From Candidatus Latescibacterota bacterium (GTDB lineage Bacteria > Latescibacterota > UBA2968 > GCA-2709665): a stretch of DNA of 64,000 nucleotides. Positions 52,253 through 62,552 of the stretch are shown piece by piece. A program made the translations under genes and the position numbers. Positions within the stretch are counted from its first letter, which is position 1. Every line of letters starts with the position of its first letter. Where the stretch lies: assembly GCA_965116875.1 (NCBI GenBank), contig OZ220733.1:1376001-1440000 (forward strand), in the 5' to 3' direction. The notes beneath the pieces were generated by a model that saw only the letters and a list, made by a program, of their open reading frames with translations, was not told the origin of the DNA and did not search any database.

Positions 52253-53389
52253 ATGGACTCTCCAGTCATACACAGCGGTTTGGAAACCGTGCAGGTCGAT
52301 CTGGGCAGCCGCAGCTATCCGATCCGGATCGGACATGGGATACTGTCCGGATTCGGCCAGGCGTACGCCGCGGAAGGCCTGGGTTCGACCGCGGCGATCG
52401 TGACCAATCCCACGGTGGCGCGCCTCTACCTGGACCCGGTCAGGTCCGGTCTGGAGGCGCAGGGTGTGAAGGCAATTGTGGTTGAGATTCCGGATGGAGA
52501 GGAATTCAAGACGCTGGCCACAGCGGGCAGGATCTACGGCGAACTGATACGGGCGGGTATGGAACGGCGCTGCTGCATCGTCGCACTGGGAGGCGGTGTC
52601 GTGGGCGATACCGCCGGATTCGTCGCGGCCACCTATCTTCGCGGCGTCGATTTCGTGCAGGTCCCGACCACCCTGGAGGCACAGGTCGACGCCAGCGTGG
52701 GCGGAAAGACCGGGGTCGATCACCCGCTCGGCAAGAATATGATTGGCGCGTTCTATCAGCCGAAGATGGTATACGTTGACACGGAAACGCTGGTGACCCT
52801 GCCCAGGCGGGAGGTGGTTGCAGGGATGGCCGAGGTGATCAAGCACGGATTGATCCGGGACGAAACACTCGTGCAATTCCTCGAGACCAGGATTGAGAAC
52901 GTAGCGGACCTGGCGATCGAACCGGATCAACTGGTCGGTCTGATTGCGCGAAACTGCCGAATAAAGGCGGGCGTTGTGGCGGCGGATGAGACCGAGGCGG
53001 GATTGAGGGAGATTCTGAACTACGGTCACACGGTGGGACACGCCATAGAGGCGGTGACGGACTACACGGTGTACAGACACGGTGAGGCTGTCATGCTTGG
53101 CATGCTGGCCGCGGGCAGAATCGGCGTCATCAAGGGATTTTGGAATCCGGCGGAATTGCAACGCCAGAACGCGCTGATCGAAAGAATCGGGATACCGGGC
53201 GGCGCCCGCGTGCTTGAATCAGGCAGACTGATCGCGCGCATGGCCAGCGACAAGAAAGCACGGGATGGGGTGATCCGGTTCGTCCTTCCCACGGCGATAG
53301 GCCGCGCGGTTACGTGCGACACCGTGAAGAAAGAGGAGATCGAGGAGGGCATCCGGTATATGCAGGAATGCTCTCCCGAACCGGTATGA
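52253..53389 (+). CDS. aroB: 3-dehydroquinate synthase
   Basis: DGE..K, ALGGGVVGD, RG...QVPTTL.AQVDASVGGKT, KNMIGAF.QP, LNYGHT.GHA, HGEAV. Confidence 0.96.
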   Translation: MDSPVIHSGLETVQVDLGSRSYPIRIGHGILSGFGQAYAAEGLGSTAAIVTNPTVARLYLDPVRSGLEAQGVKAIVVEIPDGEEFKTLATAGRIYGELIRAGMERRCCIVALGGGVVGDTAGFVAATYLRGVDFVQVPTTLEAQVDASVGGKTGVDHPLGKNMIGAFYQPKMVYVDTETLVTLPRREVVAGMAEVIKHGLIRDETLVQFLETRIENVADLAIEPDQLVGLIARNCRIKAGVVAADETEAGLREILNYGHTVGHAIEAVTDYTVYRHGEAVMLGMLAAGRIGVIKGFWNPAELQRQNALIERIGIPGGARVLESGRLIARMASDKKARDGVIRFVLPTAIGRAVTCDTVKKEEIEEGIRYMQECSPEPV

Positions 53390-53418
53390 AGACCGCCTCC
53401 GCCGGGCGACTGTCCGCT

Positions 53419-53931
53419 TCAGCGGGTCAACCGTTCGATAACGCAGCGGTGACCGGGAAAGCTCCGCATCAGGTCCGCACGGTTTGCCAACTCAAAGTCC
53501 TCGAATTCGAAACCGGGAGCGACGGTGCCGCCCATGAGGGCGTATGAGTGGGGATCATCCAGCGTCGCGCCGTACCAGCAGCCGGCGGTAATGACTGCCG
53601 TCAAGGACTGGTCGTTTTCAGGGTTGTTGCCAAGCAGGGTGCGTACGTATACGCCGCTTTGGTCGATCGTATGGATGGTGACGGGCGATCCGGCATAAAA
53701 GTGCCAGATCTCGTCGGACCTGATGCGGTGAAGGGCGGAATAGTCATTGCCTTCGAGCAGGTAGTAGATCGCGGTTGAGAATGTCCTGGGACCGCCGAAC
53801 CGCTTTGGAAGAGCCCTCGCCTGGACGGTCTCACAGGAGCGGTATATTTCCCGATAGTAGCCGCCTTCCGGGTGCTCTCTGAGATTCAACTCCGAGATCC
53901 AGTACTCGGCATTCCGGTTCATGGCAAACAA
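53419..53931 (-). CDS. Cupin domain protein (DUF985/Cupin_5)
   Basis: HPEGGYY.E, TAIYYLL, HRIRSDEIWHFY.G, TVAPGFEFEDFEL. Confidence 0.9.
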   Translation of the reverse strand: MFAMNRNAEYWISELNLREHPEGGYYREIYRSCETVQARALPKRFGGPRTFSTAIYYLLEGNDYSALHRIRSDEIWHFYAGSPVTIHTIDQSGVYVRTLLGNNPENDQSLTAVITAGCWYGATLDDPHSYALMGGTVAPGFEFEDFELANRADLMRSFPGHRCVIERLTR

Positions 53932-53939
53932 GTAACCCT

Positions 53940-53980
53940 GAGGAACAGGGGCGTGGAATCCTTGCCCCTGTTCCTCTTTT
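53940..53980. terminator. 13-bp hairpin between mnmA and the cupin gene
   Basis: gaggaacaggggc...gcccctgttcctc-tttt. Confidence 0.5.
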
Positions 53981-54020
53981 CATGAAGGATACGCACTCGG
54001 CTTCAGAGACGGAAATGGCA

Positions 54021-55094
54021 TCACGACGTACTGAATTGCGCCTGCGAAATCTCACCGCCCCCCAGGCAGATTTCGCCATCGTAGAAGACGGCTGATTGTC
54101 CCGGGGCCACGCCCGGGTCGGCTTCCGCCATCTGAACGTTCAGTCCGGCATTGCCGCCGGATTCGATGCGGCACCCCACGAGCCGGGGGCCGTGCCGGAT
54201 TTTGACAAGAAGGTCGCGCCGCCCGGGGACTCCCGAGATCCAGTGCGGACTTGAGACCCGGAAGCGGCTCATCGCCCGTTCGGCGCGGTGTCTCTTGTGG
54301 GACACGTGGACGACGTTGTCTCTGATGTCTTTCCTGACCACGTACCAGGGTCCCGCGGCAAGGCCCAGTCCTTCGCGCTGTCCGATGGTGTAGAACCAGT
54401 ACCCGCGGTGGCGGCCGAGCCGGGCGCCGGTTTCCACGTCGACGATGTCCCCGGCCTTTTCTCCCAGGTGCGCCCTGACGAAGTCGGGGTAGCTGATTTT
54501 GCCCAGAAAACAGATGCCCTGGCTGTCTTTGCGGTCCTGGTTCGGCAGGTCGAAATCCCGCGCGTATTTCCGCACATGCTGTTTGGTGAGGTGCCCGACC
54601 GGGAAAAGCGCGCGTTTGAGTTGCGCCTGGCTGAGTCCGGAAAGAAAGTAGGTCTGGTCCTTGACCGGATCCGGCGCTCGCTTCAGGTAGCAGGTGCCAT
54701 TGGCTTCTTCGATTTGTGCATAGTGCCCGGATGCGAGTTTGTGGAAGCTGCCGTCGATACGGGCCGCGAACTCTCCGAATTTGATCCGCCGGTTGCAGAC
54801 AATGTCCGGGCTGGGAGTTCGTCCGGCCCTGAGTTCGGACACGGCGCGCGAGACCACCCGGTCCAGGTATTCGGCCTGTAGAGGGACGATGCGAAGCGGT
54901 ACCCCGGCCTGTTCGCAGACGGCGCGCGCGTATTTGAGGTCTTCCTCCCACGGGCAGTCGCCCAGGAAGGCAAGTTCGTCTTCCAGCCAGACCTTGAGAT
55001 AGAAGGCGGTGACGTCGTGGCGTCCCTCGCTGCATATCAGATTGAGCGCCACGGAACTGTCAACGCCGCCGGAGAGCAGAAGGGCGATTTTCAT
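54021..55094 (-). CDS. mnmA: tRNA 2-thiouridine synthase
   Basis: LSGGVDSSV, GRTPSPD..CN..IKF, SGHYA, KDQTYFL, DSQGICF, YTIGQR, PGQSAVFY. Confidence 0.96.
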   Translation of the reverse strand: MKIALLLSGGVDSSVALNLICSEGRHDVTAFYLKVWLEDELAFLGDCPWEEDLKYARAVCEQAGVPLRIVPLQAEYLDRVVSRAVSELRAGRTPSPDIVCNRRIKFGEFAARIDGSFHKLASGHYAQIEEANGTCYLKRAPDPVKDQTYFLSGLSQAQLKRALFPVGHLTKQHVRKYARDFDLPNQDRKDSQGICFLGKISYPDFVRAHLGEKAGDIVDVETGARLGRHRGYWFYTIGQREGLGLAAGPWYVVRKDIRDNVVHVSHKRHRAERAMSRFRVSSPHWISGVPGRRDLLVKIRHGPRLVGCRIESGGNAGLNVQMAEADPGVAPGQSAVFYDGEICLGGGEISQAQFSTS

Positions 55095-55098
55095 GGAT

Positions 55099-55560
55099 CT
55101 ATCCGAATCCGAAGAGGCACTCGGCCAGTGGTTCGATCGTTGTCAATTCTGCACATTCCAATACGGTCTCGACCAGACGCCGTGTGTGGGATCTGCCCGC
55201 AACACCATCGACGAGACGATGCGCTTTGGAAACGAGGTCGTCAAAGGTGACGCCGCTGTCCGGATCCCCCGGGGCGGGCAGCGGTCCGGTACCGTGGGCC
55301 CGTCCGCCTGTGGTGGTGACGGTCACCCGCGCCAGGGCGTCATCGGGGAAACGGGCTTCGATGGCGGGGTCGACGGACATTTCGATTCGGTCCGAGAGGG
55401 CGAGAACCGCTTCATCGTTCAGACCGTCGCCTTCAATTTCAGGAACGCCAACCCGTCCGTGAACAAAGGCGCAGGCCACGGGAAAGGGCAGGCTGTATTG
55501 CGCCTCTTCGGTATGGGTCGGGCGCCGGGTGCCAGGTTGGGTGGCCGCCTCGATTGATCG
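55099..55560 (-). pseudogene. C-terminal relic of an MmgE/PrpD-family protein
   Basis: In-frame PTHTEEAQYSLPFPVACAFVHG...RIEMSVDP...FP...ARVTV...PGDP matches the PrpD C-domain; N-terminal two thirds absent. Confidence 0.7.
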
Positions 55561-55572
55561 GGGCTGCCCGCT

Positions 55573-56487
55573 TCAATCGCTGAGGATCTGTTTCTCGATG
55601 TCAAGCCCGACCCGGCCACTCCAGGCAGTCAGCAGTTCTTTATACATCGGGCCGGGTTTGCCGCTTCCGACCGGTATGTTGTTGAACCGGGTACACGGGG
55701 CGATGCAATATGGCGTGGTCGTCAGCCAGGCCTCGTCGGCGTTGGCCACGTCGTACGGCTGAAGGTCCTTTTCGATCCAGTCGAGGCCGCGTTCAGCCGC
55801 AAGTTCCCTGACGGTGAGGAGGCTGACGCCCTGGAGTATGTTGCGCGTGGTTGGGGAGTAGACTGTGCGGCCCACAACGATCACGAAGTTGGAACCCGCG
55901 CATTCCGTGACGTTGCCGTCCAGGTCCAGAAGCAGCGTAATCGCTTCAGGGTCGACCGCGTGGGTCTGCTGATCGGCCAGCCACCAGTGCAGGCGGGACC
56001 GGTTCTTGGACTTCGGATCCAGGCACTGGGGCGGGATGTGACGCAAGGCGGGTGTGACCACGTGCGCGCCGGCTTCGAAGAGGTGACGCCAGACGCGAAA
56101 GGGCAGCGGGAAAGTGTGAATGCAGACAGTAGGGGTCAGACGGGCGCTTCCCGCCGCGCTGCCGGCGTAGATCTCGTTTTCTCCCGGTGTGATGAAGTGT
56201 ACGATGCCCAGGTCGGCCCCGGGCTCGATCCATTCCCGGTTCGCCCGTATGAGTTCCAGGGTCCTGTCGCGCATCCGGCTTTGAGAGAGCGGCGGTTGAA
56301 TCCCCGCGTATTTGCACGACCGGTAGAGCCGGTCCAGGTGATCGTCCATGCGAAACGGCGCGTGGGCGAACGTTCGGGTCATTTCGGTGAGCGTGGCGCC
56401 CAGAATGATGCCCAGGTCGTAAATCCTGATTGCGGCCTGAGAGGCAGGCACGAATTCTCCGCTGAGATAGACGATGGGTTCCTTCAT
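55573..56487 (-). CDS. Class IV PLP aminotransferase (BCAT/D-amino-acid type)
   Basis: YL.GEFVP, HLDRLYRS, K..SR, LDLDGNVTEC.GSNF, ILQGVS, ADEAWLT. Confidence 0.88.
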   Translation of the reverse strand: MKEPIVYLSGEFVPASQAAIRIYDLGIILGATLTEMTRTFAHAPFRMDDHLDRLYRSCKYAGIQPPLSQSRMRDRTLELIRANREWIEPGADLGIVHFITPGENEIYAGSAAGSARLTPTVCIHTFPLPFRVWRHLFEAGAHVVTPALRHIPPQCLDPKSKNRSRLHWWLADQQTHAVDPEAITLLLDLDGNVTECAGSNFVIVVGRTVYSPTTRNILQGVSLLTVRELAAERGLDWIEKDLQPYDVANADEAWLTTTPYCIAPCTRFNNIPVGSGKPGPMYKELLTAWSGRVGLDIEKQILSD

Positions 56488-56749
56488 ACACTCGCTCCAA
56501 CCGCCGGATTACCGGAAAGACGTCAGAATCGGGCAACCATACCTCCATAATATAGCCGATGGGTGAATTCAAGACAAACGGAAAGGAATTTTCCGAGGCC
56601 GCATGGGAATATCAGGCTTCTTGATAGGGAGCTCTCTTGCCCGCGCCGCGGAAAAAGACCCTGCGTCCTGTAACAATAATGCCTCAGCTTTAAAGGGATT
56701 AAAGGCCTGAGGCATCGATGGGTAAAGACTACGGCTGTGCAGGACGTCT

Positions 56750-57160
56750 CTATCTCTGTCTCCCTTCCGCGTCTTGCAGCATTTCGGATATCTTCTCCCT
56801 TCGGGCTCGCTCTTCTTTCTGATTTTTCTCCAATTCCTCCATGAGCGCACTCATTTTTTCTTCTCGCCTTATGCTGGAAGCTTCCAACTCCTTCAGCGCC
56901 TTTATTGCTCTTGCTCTTGTTTTGGCCTCGCTCTCCGCGATCCACTTATCGGCAAACTTCATCATTGCGCCCATGAAGTCAACTCCCTCTATGATGATAA
57001 AGGATAGTGTTACGGAGAATATACTCGCCTCATACAGATTTTCGACCAGGTCCTTTTCAGGTGGCCTGTATCGATCAGTCAGGGTGAGCAAGAAAATGAG
57101 CAGATTCAACGCCCCAAATAGAGCGCGGTCACTTACGCTCCAAATGGGCTCCCGTTCCAT
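56750..57160 (-). CDS. Hypothetical protein (two hydrophobic segments + charged coiled coil) in a lower-GC patch
   Basis: 136 aa ORF; no recognisable family. Confidence 0.55.
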   Translation of the reverse strand: MEREPIWSVSDRALFGALNLLIFLLTLTDRYRPPEKDLVENLYEASIFSVTLSFIIIEGVDFMGAMMKFADKWIAESEAKTRARAIKALKELEASSIRREEKMSALMEELEKNQKEERARREKISEMLQDAEGRQR

Positions 57161-57414
57161 TAATTCTTGATTCTCGTGCGGGCGTTGAATTCATCGTATA
57201 CAAAAAAAATAAAGTGCATTTGCAAACCTGAAGTCAAGGGGTTTTTGACATCCTTCAGCGAAACGAAAGACCGTGTGACAACCGGTTCTTCGATTATTGT
57301 TGGCCTGGAACTGCTTGCCTGTGGTGCGACAGCGCCTCTCTGAAATGCGAATAACCATAACAACTGAACAATGAGGTATTGCATAGAGGGCATCTGCACG
57401 TCCCTCGGCGGGAC

Positions 57415-58950
57415 TTACATCCAGAGATTCCGGTCCAGGCTGCGGTACTGGATGGCCTCTCCGACGTGCTGGGGTTTGATTTCCTGTTCCTCTTCCAGGT
57501 CCGCGATGGTGCGGCTGACTTTCAGAATGCGGTCGTAGGCGCGCGCCGACAGGCCGAGCTTCGTGATCGCCATTTTGAGAAGTTCCTCGCCCTTGCCGTC
57601 GATCCGGCAGTAATCGCGAATCTCCGCGGGTCCCATGTGGGCATTGCAGAACAGGTGTTGTTTTTCCCTGAAACGGTGAAGTTGCACCTGGCGCGCCGCG
57701 TTCACGCCTTCGCGGATGGCATCGGACGATTCGCCTCCGGGTTCATCGGCGAGTTCGGTGTATTCCACCCCCGGGACTTCAATGTGAATGTCGATGCGGT
57801 CGAGAAGTGGACCCGAAATCCGGGACATATACCGCTGGATGATCGGCGGAGAACACGTGCATTCATTCTTCGGATCGCCGAAGTATCCGCACGGGCACGG
57901 ATTCAGGGCGCAGGCAAGCATGAACTGTGCGGGATAGGTCAGAGAGACCATGGCCCGGGCAATGGTGACGAAACCGTCCTCGAGCGGTTGGCGCAGGACC
58001 TCGAGGACGTGCTTCTTGAATTCGGGCAACTCGTCCAGAAAGAGAACGCCGTGGTGTGCAAGCGAGACCTCGCCAGGCCGCGGGTGGGGTCCGCCGCCGA
58101 TCAGGCCGGCATCCGAGATGGTGTGGTGCGGGGAACGAAAGGGCCGTATCGCCACCAGGGTGGTCTCCGGGGGCAGCAGTCCGGCCACAGAGTGGATTTT
58201 GGTGGCTTCGATGGCTTCGTCAAGCGTCAGGTCGGGCAAAATGGTGGGCAGGCGGCGGGTGAGCATCGTTTTTCCGGAACCGGGCGGGCCGATCATGATG
58301 ATGTTGTGGCCGCCGCTTGCAGCCACTTCGAGTGCTCGCTTGGCGTGAACCTGACCCCGTACATCACGGAAGTCGATGCGGTAGTTCAGGGCCTGACTGA
58401 AGATACGGTCGATATCGACCTGGAGCGAAGGCACGTCCCGAAAGCCCTCGAGAAAGTCCAGCGTCTCCATCAGGTCGCCCACAGGATGCACGTCGATCCC
58501 GCCCGCGATGGCTGCCTCGCGGGCATTCTCCCGCGGGAGGATCATGCCCTTGCAACCTGCCTGCCGGGCCTCCACAGCCATCGGCAGAACGCCCCGGACC
58601 GGCCGGACGGCGCCGTCGAGGGCAAGCTCACCGAGAACGATGTATTGTGAGAGGGTCTCGGGCGAAATGTCTCCGGAAGCGGCCAGGATGCCCACCGCAA
58701 TCGGCAGGTCGAAGGCCGAGCCTTCCTTGCGGATATCCGCGGGCGCGAGATTGACGGTCACGCGGCGATTCGGAAAGGCCCTGCCGGAGTTTTTTATTGC
58801 TGCGGTTACGCGATCCCGGCTCTCCTTGACGGCGTTGTCCGGCAGGCCGACCACCGAGAATGCGGGAAGCTGATAATCCAGATCGGTCTCGATGCGTACG
58901 ACATAGGCGTCTATGCCCAGGGTGGCGCAGCTCAGCACACGGGACATCAT
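57415..58950 (-). CDS. YifB/ComM Mg-chelatase-like AAA+ ATPase
   Basis: [61 protein letters not shown]. Confidence 0.95.
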   Translation of the reverse strand: MMSRVLSCATLGIDAYVVRIETDLDYQLPAFSVVGLPDNAVKESRDRVTAAIKNSGRAFPNRRVTVNLAPADIRKEGSAFDLPIAVGILAASGDISPETLSQYIVLGELALDGAVRPVRGVLPMAVEARQAGCKGMILPRENAREAAIAGGIDVHPVGDLMETLDFLEGFRDVPSLQVDIDRIFSQALNYRIDFRDVRGQVHAKRALEVAASGGHNIIMIGPPGSGKTMLTRRLPTILPDLTLDEAIEATKIHSVAGLLPPETTLVAIRPFRSPHHTISDAGLIGGGPHPRPGEVSLAHHGVLFLDELPEFKKHVLEVLRQPLEDGFVTIARAMVSLTYPAQFMLACALNPCPCGYFGDPKNECTCSPPIIQRYMSRISGPLLDRIDIHIEVPGVEYTELADEPGGESSDAIREGVNAARQVQLHRFREKQHLFCNAHMGPAEIRDYCRIDGKGEELLKMAITKLGLSARAYDRILKVSRTIADLEEEQEIKPQHVGEAIQYRSLDRNLWM

Positions 58951-59204
58951 ACGGGCCTCCTCGGAGATTGTCAGGAAAGCGACTGAACTCCACGGAAGCG
59001 TACCTTTCTGCAAGGAGTCCGGTGTGAGTGAATCCCAACGTCCTCTGAGAACGCAAAGGATGTGCCAGAGGAACCGGATACACCTAAACCGTTGTCAGGA
59101 AGAGAATTGAGACTGACACAAGGAGCATCAACAGCGACATCGGGAAAGGGACGTTCAATTGTCCGTGGGAGAATTGAACGATTCGTCGCTGGACAGGCTG
59201 ACGC

Positions 59205-60383
59205 CTAGAGAGGCTGGTCCGGGTCAACGTCCGCCGCATAGTCGACCGAAGGGAGGCCGAAACCGAAGAGCTTCAGGAATTCCTCGCGGAAACCCCGCAC
59301 ATCTGAAATCGACTCCAGGTTTTGGGTATTGACGGACTGCCAGAGGGAATCGATGCGCGTCTGCACATCCTCCCTCAACTCCAGTTCATCGATGCGGATG
59401 CGCCCGCTCTCGTCGGTAGGTACGGTCGGTCCGGCATAGAGTCGATCCTTCAGAAGCCGGTACATTTGTTCTATACATCCTTCGTGAATTCGCTTCTCCT
59501 TCATGACCTTGTATAACAGCGAAATATAGAGGGAAACCACCGGTACCGCCGCGCTGGACTGGGTGACCACGGCCTTGTTCGCGGAGATGTAGGCGCGTCC
59601 GTTTCTCTGCCTGAGCCGTCCGTCCAGTTCCCGGGCCGTGGCCTCGAGGTGTACTTTCGCTTTCCCAATGGTGCCGTCGCCGTAGACCGGCCGGGTCAGT
59701 TCCGGCCCAACGTAGGTAAACGCGACCGTGCGGGCGCCCTCGGCAAGCACGTCCGCCGCTTCGAGCGCCTGAATCCACAGATCCCAGTCCTCGCCGCCCA
59801 TGACGGCGACAGTATTGTCGATTTCGTCGGCGGCGGCCGGTTCGATGGTGACCTCCGAGACGACGCCCGTGTGGATATCGACGGTCTTTCCCGTGTACGG
59901 TTCGCCCACGGTTTTCAATACCGATGTATACTGCGCCCCCGTTCGGGGATGGGTGCGCCGCGGCGAGGCCAGGCTGTACACGACCAGATCCACCTCTCCC
60001 AGGTCTTTCCTGATAGCCGCGATGGTCTGTTCCTTGATTTCATCGGAAAACGCGTCGCCATTGATACTCTTTGAGGTATGGCCCGCCTCTTTCGCGGCCT
60101 TTTCGAAGGCAACCGAGTTGTACCATCCCGCCGAGGCCGTACGATTCCTGAGGGCCGGTCGTTCAAAAAAGACCCCCACCGTCCGGGCGCCGCCGCCGAA
60201 GCAGGCTGCGATTCGAGTGGCCAGCCCGTAGCCAGTCGAGGCGCCAACGACGAGCACACTCCGGAAGCCGGTCAGCGGCGGCTGTTTTCTGACCCAGTCG
60301 ATCTGTTCGAGTACCCCGTGCGCGCAGCCGACGGGGTGCGCCGTCGTACAGATGAATCCCCGGATTCTGGGTTTGATAATCAT
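59205..60383 (-). CDS. fabV: Trans-2-enoyl-CoA/ACP reductase
   Basis: MIIKPRIRGFICTTAHPVGC, GASTGYGLA, AGWYN, GDAFS, YSLASP.R, VMGGEDW, VVTQSS. Confidence 0.95.
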   Translation of the reverse strand: MIIKPRIRGFICTTAHPVGCAHGVLEQIDWVRKQPPLTGFRSVLVVGASTGYGLATRIAACFGGGARTVGVFFERPALRNRTASAGWYNSVAFEKAAKEAGHTSKSINGDAFSDEIKEQTIAAIRKDLGEVDLVVYSLASPRRTHPRTGAQYTSVLKTVGEPYTGKTVDIHTGVVSEVTIEPAAADEIDNTVAVMGGEDWDLWIQALEAADVLAEGARTVAFTYVGPELTRPVYGDGTIGKAKVHLEATARELDGRLRQRNGRAYISANKAVVTQSSAAVPVVSLYISLLYKVMKEKRIHEGCIEQMYRLLKDRLYAGPTVPTDESGRIRIDELELREDVQTRIDSLWQSVNTQNLESISDVRGFREEFLKLFGFGLPSVDYAADVDPDQPL

Positions 60384-60460
60384 CGGAACGTCCTTTCCCG
60401 GTAGTCAGGTCCTCTTGCCCGGTTTTCTCGGTTCGCCGCCGTTTCGAAAGCGTCGTGGCG

Positions 60461-61879
60461 TTATGCTTTCTCCTGTGTTTCGGCGGGCGGTGGCTTTGTG
60501 TTCCAGGGTGCGAGCGATTCAAAGGCCGCGGAGGCGCGCAGCACGCCCGCGTCGTCACGCCAGCGCCCGACAATCTGCAGACCAACCGGCAATCCGTCAC
60601 CTGAAAATCCGGCCGGAACCGTGGCCGCCGGCTGCCCGGTGATGTTGAACGGGTACGTAAAGGCGGTCCAGCCGAGATAGCTGGTTGGTTGGCCCGTGAT
60701 TTCGCCCGGATGGTCGTGACCGGCTGCAAATGCGGTTACGGGAAGTGTCGGACATAGAAACAGGTCGTAGACGCTCATGAATTCACGCCATCCGTGGTAG
60801 TAGTCATTGCGACGCGCGTACGCGGTGGCAAGCTGTGCCCCGGAGACGGATTTCCCCCTTTCAATCACGCCGACGAGGCCGGTGTCCAGGAGATCCCTGA
60901 CGTCGTCCAGGTTGTCCTCGAATACGCCCGCAAACGATGCGGACCAGATCGTGTCGGCAATATCCCAGGGATCGGGCAGTCCGGGATGGGCCTCTTCGAC
61001 GAGGCAGCCGAGTTCCTGAAACCGGGCAGCCGCAGACGCCGCGATCGAAAGGACTTCGGGATCGCTCCGGACGTAACCCAGATCGGGAGACCAGGCAACG
61101 CGCAGACCGGTGATATCGCCTTCCATCTCACGGAGGTAATCGGTGGAATCGGGCAGCGAAAGACGGTCCAGGGGATGGGCGCCGGCCATGGCCGTGAGCA
61201 TCAGCGCGGCATCCTCCACGGTGCGGGTGACGGGCCCGGCATGAGAGAGCAGTTCAACCACGCTGGCGGGGTACTGGGGAACACGACCCCAGGACGGCTT
61301 GAGTCCGAACAGGCCGCAAAAACCGCACGGGATGCGAATGGACCCTGCTCCGTCCGTTCCCTGGGCGACGGGTCCCATGCCCAGCGCAACGGCGGCAGCG
61401 GCGCCTCCACTGGACCCGCCGGCTGTACGGCCGTACCTCCAGGGGTTGTGAACCGGCCCGTTGACCCGGTTTCCCGAGTCGCCCTTCCAGCCGAGTTCGG
61501 GGGTGGTGGTTTTGCCGACCAGGACCATGCCGGTGTCTGCCAGACGTTCGGCAAGCGGCGCATCGTAGTCGGGCACCCAGTCCCTGTAGAGCAGGGATCC
61601 CCGGGCCGTACGGATGCCTTTGGTGGGGGTGAGATCCTTGAGTGAACCGGGGATGCCGGCCAGAATACCGGGTTCTCCACCCATATAGGCGCGTTCGGCG
61701 CGATTTGCCTGTGCCAGCGCGCGTTCGTGAGTGACCGTTATGAAGGGGTTGAATGCGGGATTCAGCCGTTCAATCCGGTTCAGCGCGGCTTTCGTAACCT
61801 CGACGGGCGAAAGTGCCCGCTCTTGGTACAGGCTGCGCAGCTCGACCGCCGGGAGATGGCAAAGATCGTCTGAATTCAT
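60461..61879 (-). CDS. Amidase-signature family protein
   Basis: GIP..LKD, GKTTTPELG, TAGGSSGGAAAAVA, GTDGAGSIRIP; start placed at MNSDD. Confidence 0.92.
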   Translation of the reverse strand: MNSDDLCHLPAVELRSLYQERALSPVEVTKAALNRIERLNPAFNPFITVTHERALAQANRAERAYMGGEPGILAGIPGSLKDLTPTKGIRTARGSLLYRDWVPDYDAPLAERLADTGMVLVGKTTTPELGWKGDSGNRVNGPVHNPWRYGRTAGGSSGGAAAAVALGMGPVAQGTDGAGSIRIPCGFCGLFGLKPSWGRVPQYPASVVELLSHAGPVTRTVEDAALMLTAMAGAHPLDRLSLPDSTDYLREMEGDITGLRVAWSPDLGYVRSDPEVLSIAASAAARFQELGCLVEEAHPGLPDPWDIADTIWSASFAGVFEDNLDDVRDLLDTGLVGVIERGKSVSGAQLATAYARRNDYYHGWREFMSVYDLFLCPTLPVTAFAAGHDHPGEITGQPTSYLGWTAFTYPFNITGQPAATVPAGFSGDGLPVGLQIVGRWRDDAGVLRASAAFESLAPWNTKPPPAETQEKA

Positions 61880-62505
61880 CCTTCCGCTCCGGGTTTGGGA
61901 CCTCGCGCGGCCTGGACAGGCGGCGATGAACACATCGGGCGGTCCGAAAGCGCCAGCAACTGCGCGACCAGTCGGTACGAAATGCCCCAGAGTACGCGAT
62001 GACGCGTTCCCGGCAGATCGATTGTGGAGAAACGACGTTCCACGTTGTCAATCCGAAAGCTGCGCTCGCGATGCCGTCCGGCATCGGCAAGATCGTTCAA
62101 CTTCACCCAGAAAGCGTCCGTGACTTCGTGGTTCGGTCGAAGCCGGTCCCTGATTTCGACGGAGTAGACGAAACCCGACACAAGAATGGGAAGGGTAGCG
62201 CCGGTAACGTCGTCGAGGCGACCGAGGTACTCAGCCATTCCGAGGTCCAGGCCGACTTCCTCTCGCGTCTCCCGCTTCGCGGCCTCTCGCGCGTTCCCGT
62301 CGCCGGGCTCCACCCTGCCCCCCGGGAACGCGACGTGGCCCGACCAGGGATCGCCGTCGCGCTGCGACCGTTCGATAAACAGCAGGTGAACCGCTTCCTG
62401 CTGCTGGTGCAGGACCATTGCAACGGCGGCGCGGATCCTGTCTCCGGATGCCAGACGCGGGTGATATCCGGCGAGACGACGGCGGATCTCTGCAATCGAG
62501 GTCAT
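61876..62505 (-). CDS. Nudix hydrolase (CoA pyrophosphatase type)
   Basis: AAV, R...DPWSGHVAFPGG, AAKRETREEVG, PNHEV..AF, LWGISY; start uncertain (62505 or 62556). Confidence 0.88.
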   Translation of the reverse strand: MTSIAEIRRRLAGYHPRLASGDRIRAAVAMVLHQQQEAVHLLFIERSQRDGDPWSGHVAFPGGRVEPGDGNAREAAKRETREEVGLDLGMAEYLGRLDDVTGATLPILVSGFVYSVEIRDRLRPNHEVTDAFWVKLNDLADAGRHRERSFRIDNVERRFSTIDLPGTRHRVLWGISYRLVAQLLALSDRPMCSSPPVQAARGPKPGAEG

Positions 62506-62552
62506 ATCAGTACGGGCTGACTGAATCCGTCTGCCAATGGTCCGGCCATGGA

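Noticed and set aside
59040-59100. Possible c-di-GMP-I riboswitch (acgcaaag, cctaaacc words)
   Set aside because: No GNRA-capped P2 or matching P1, and it is on the opposite strand to the flanking genes.
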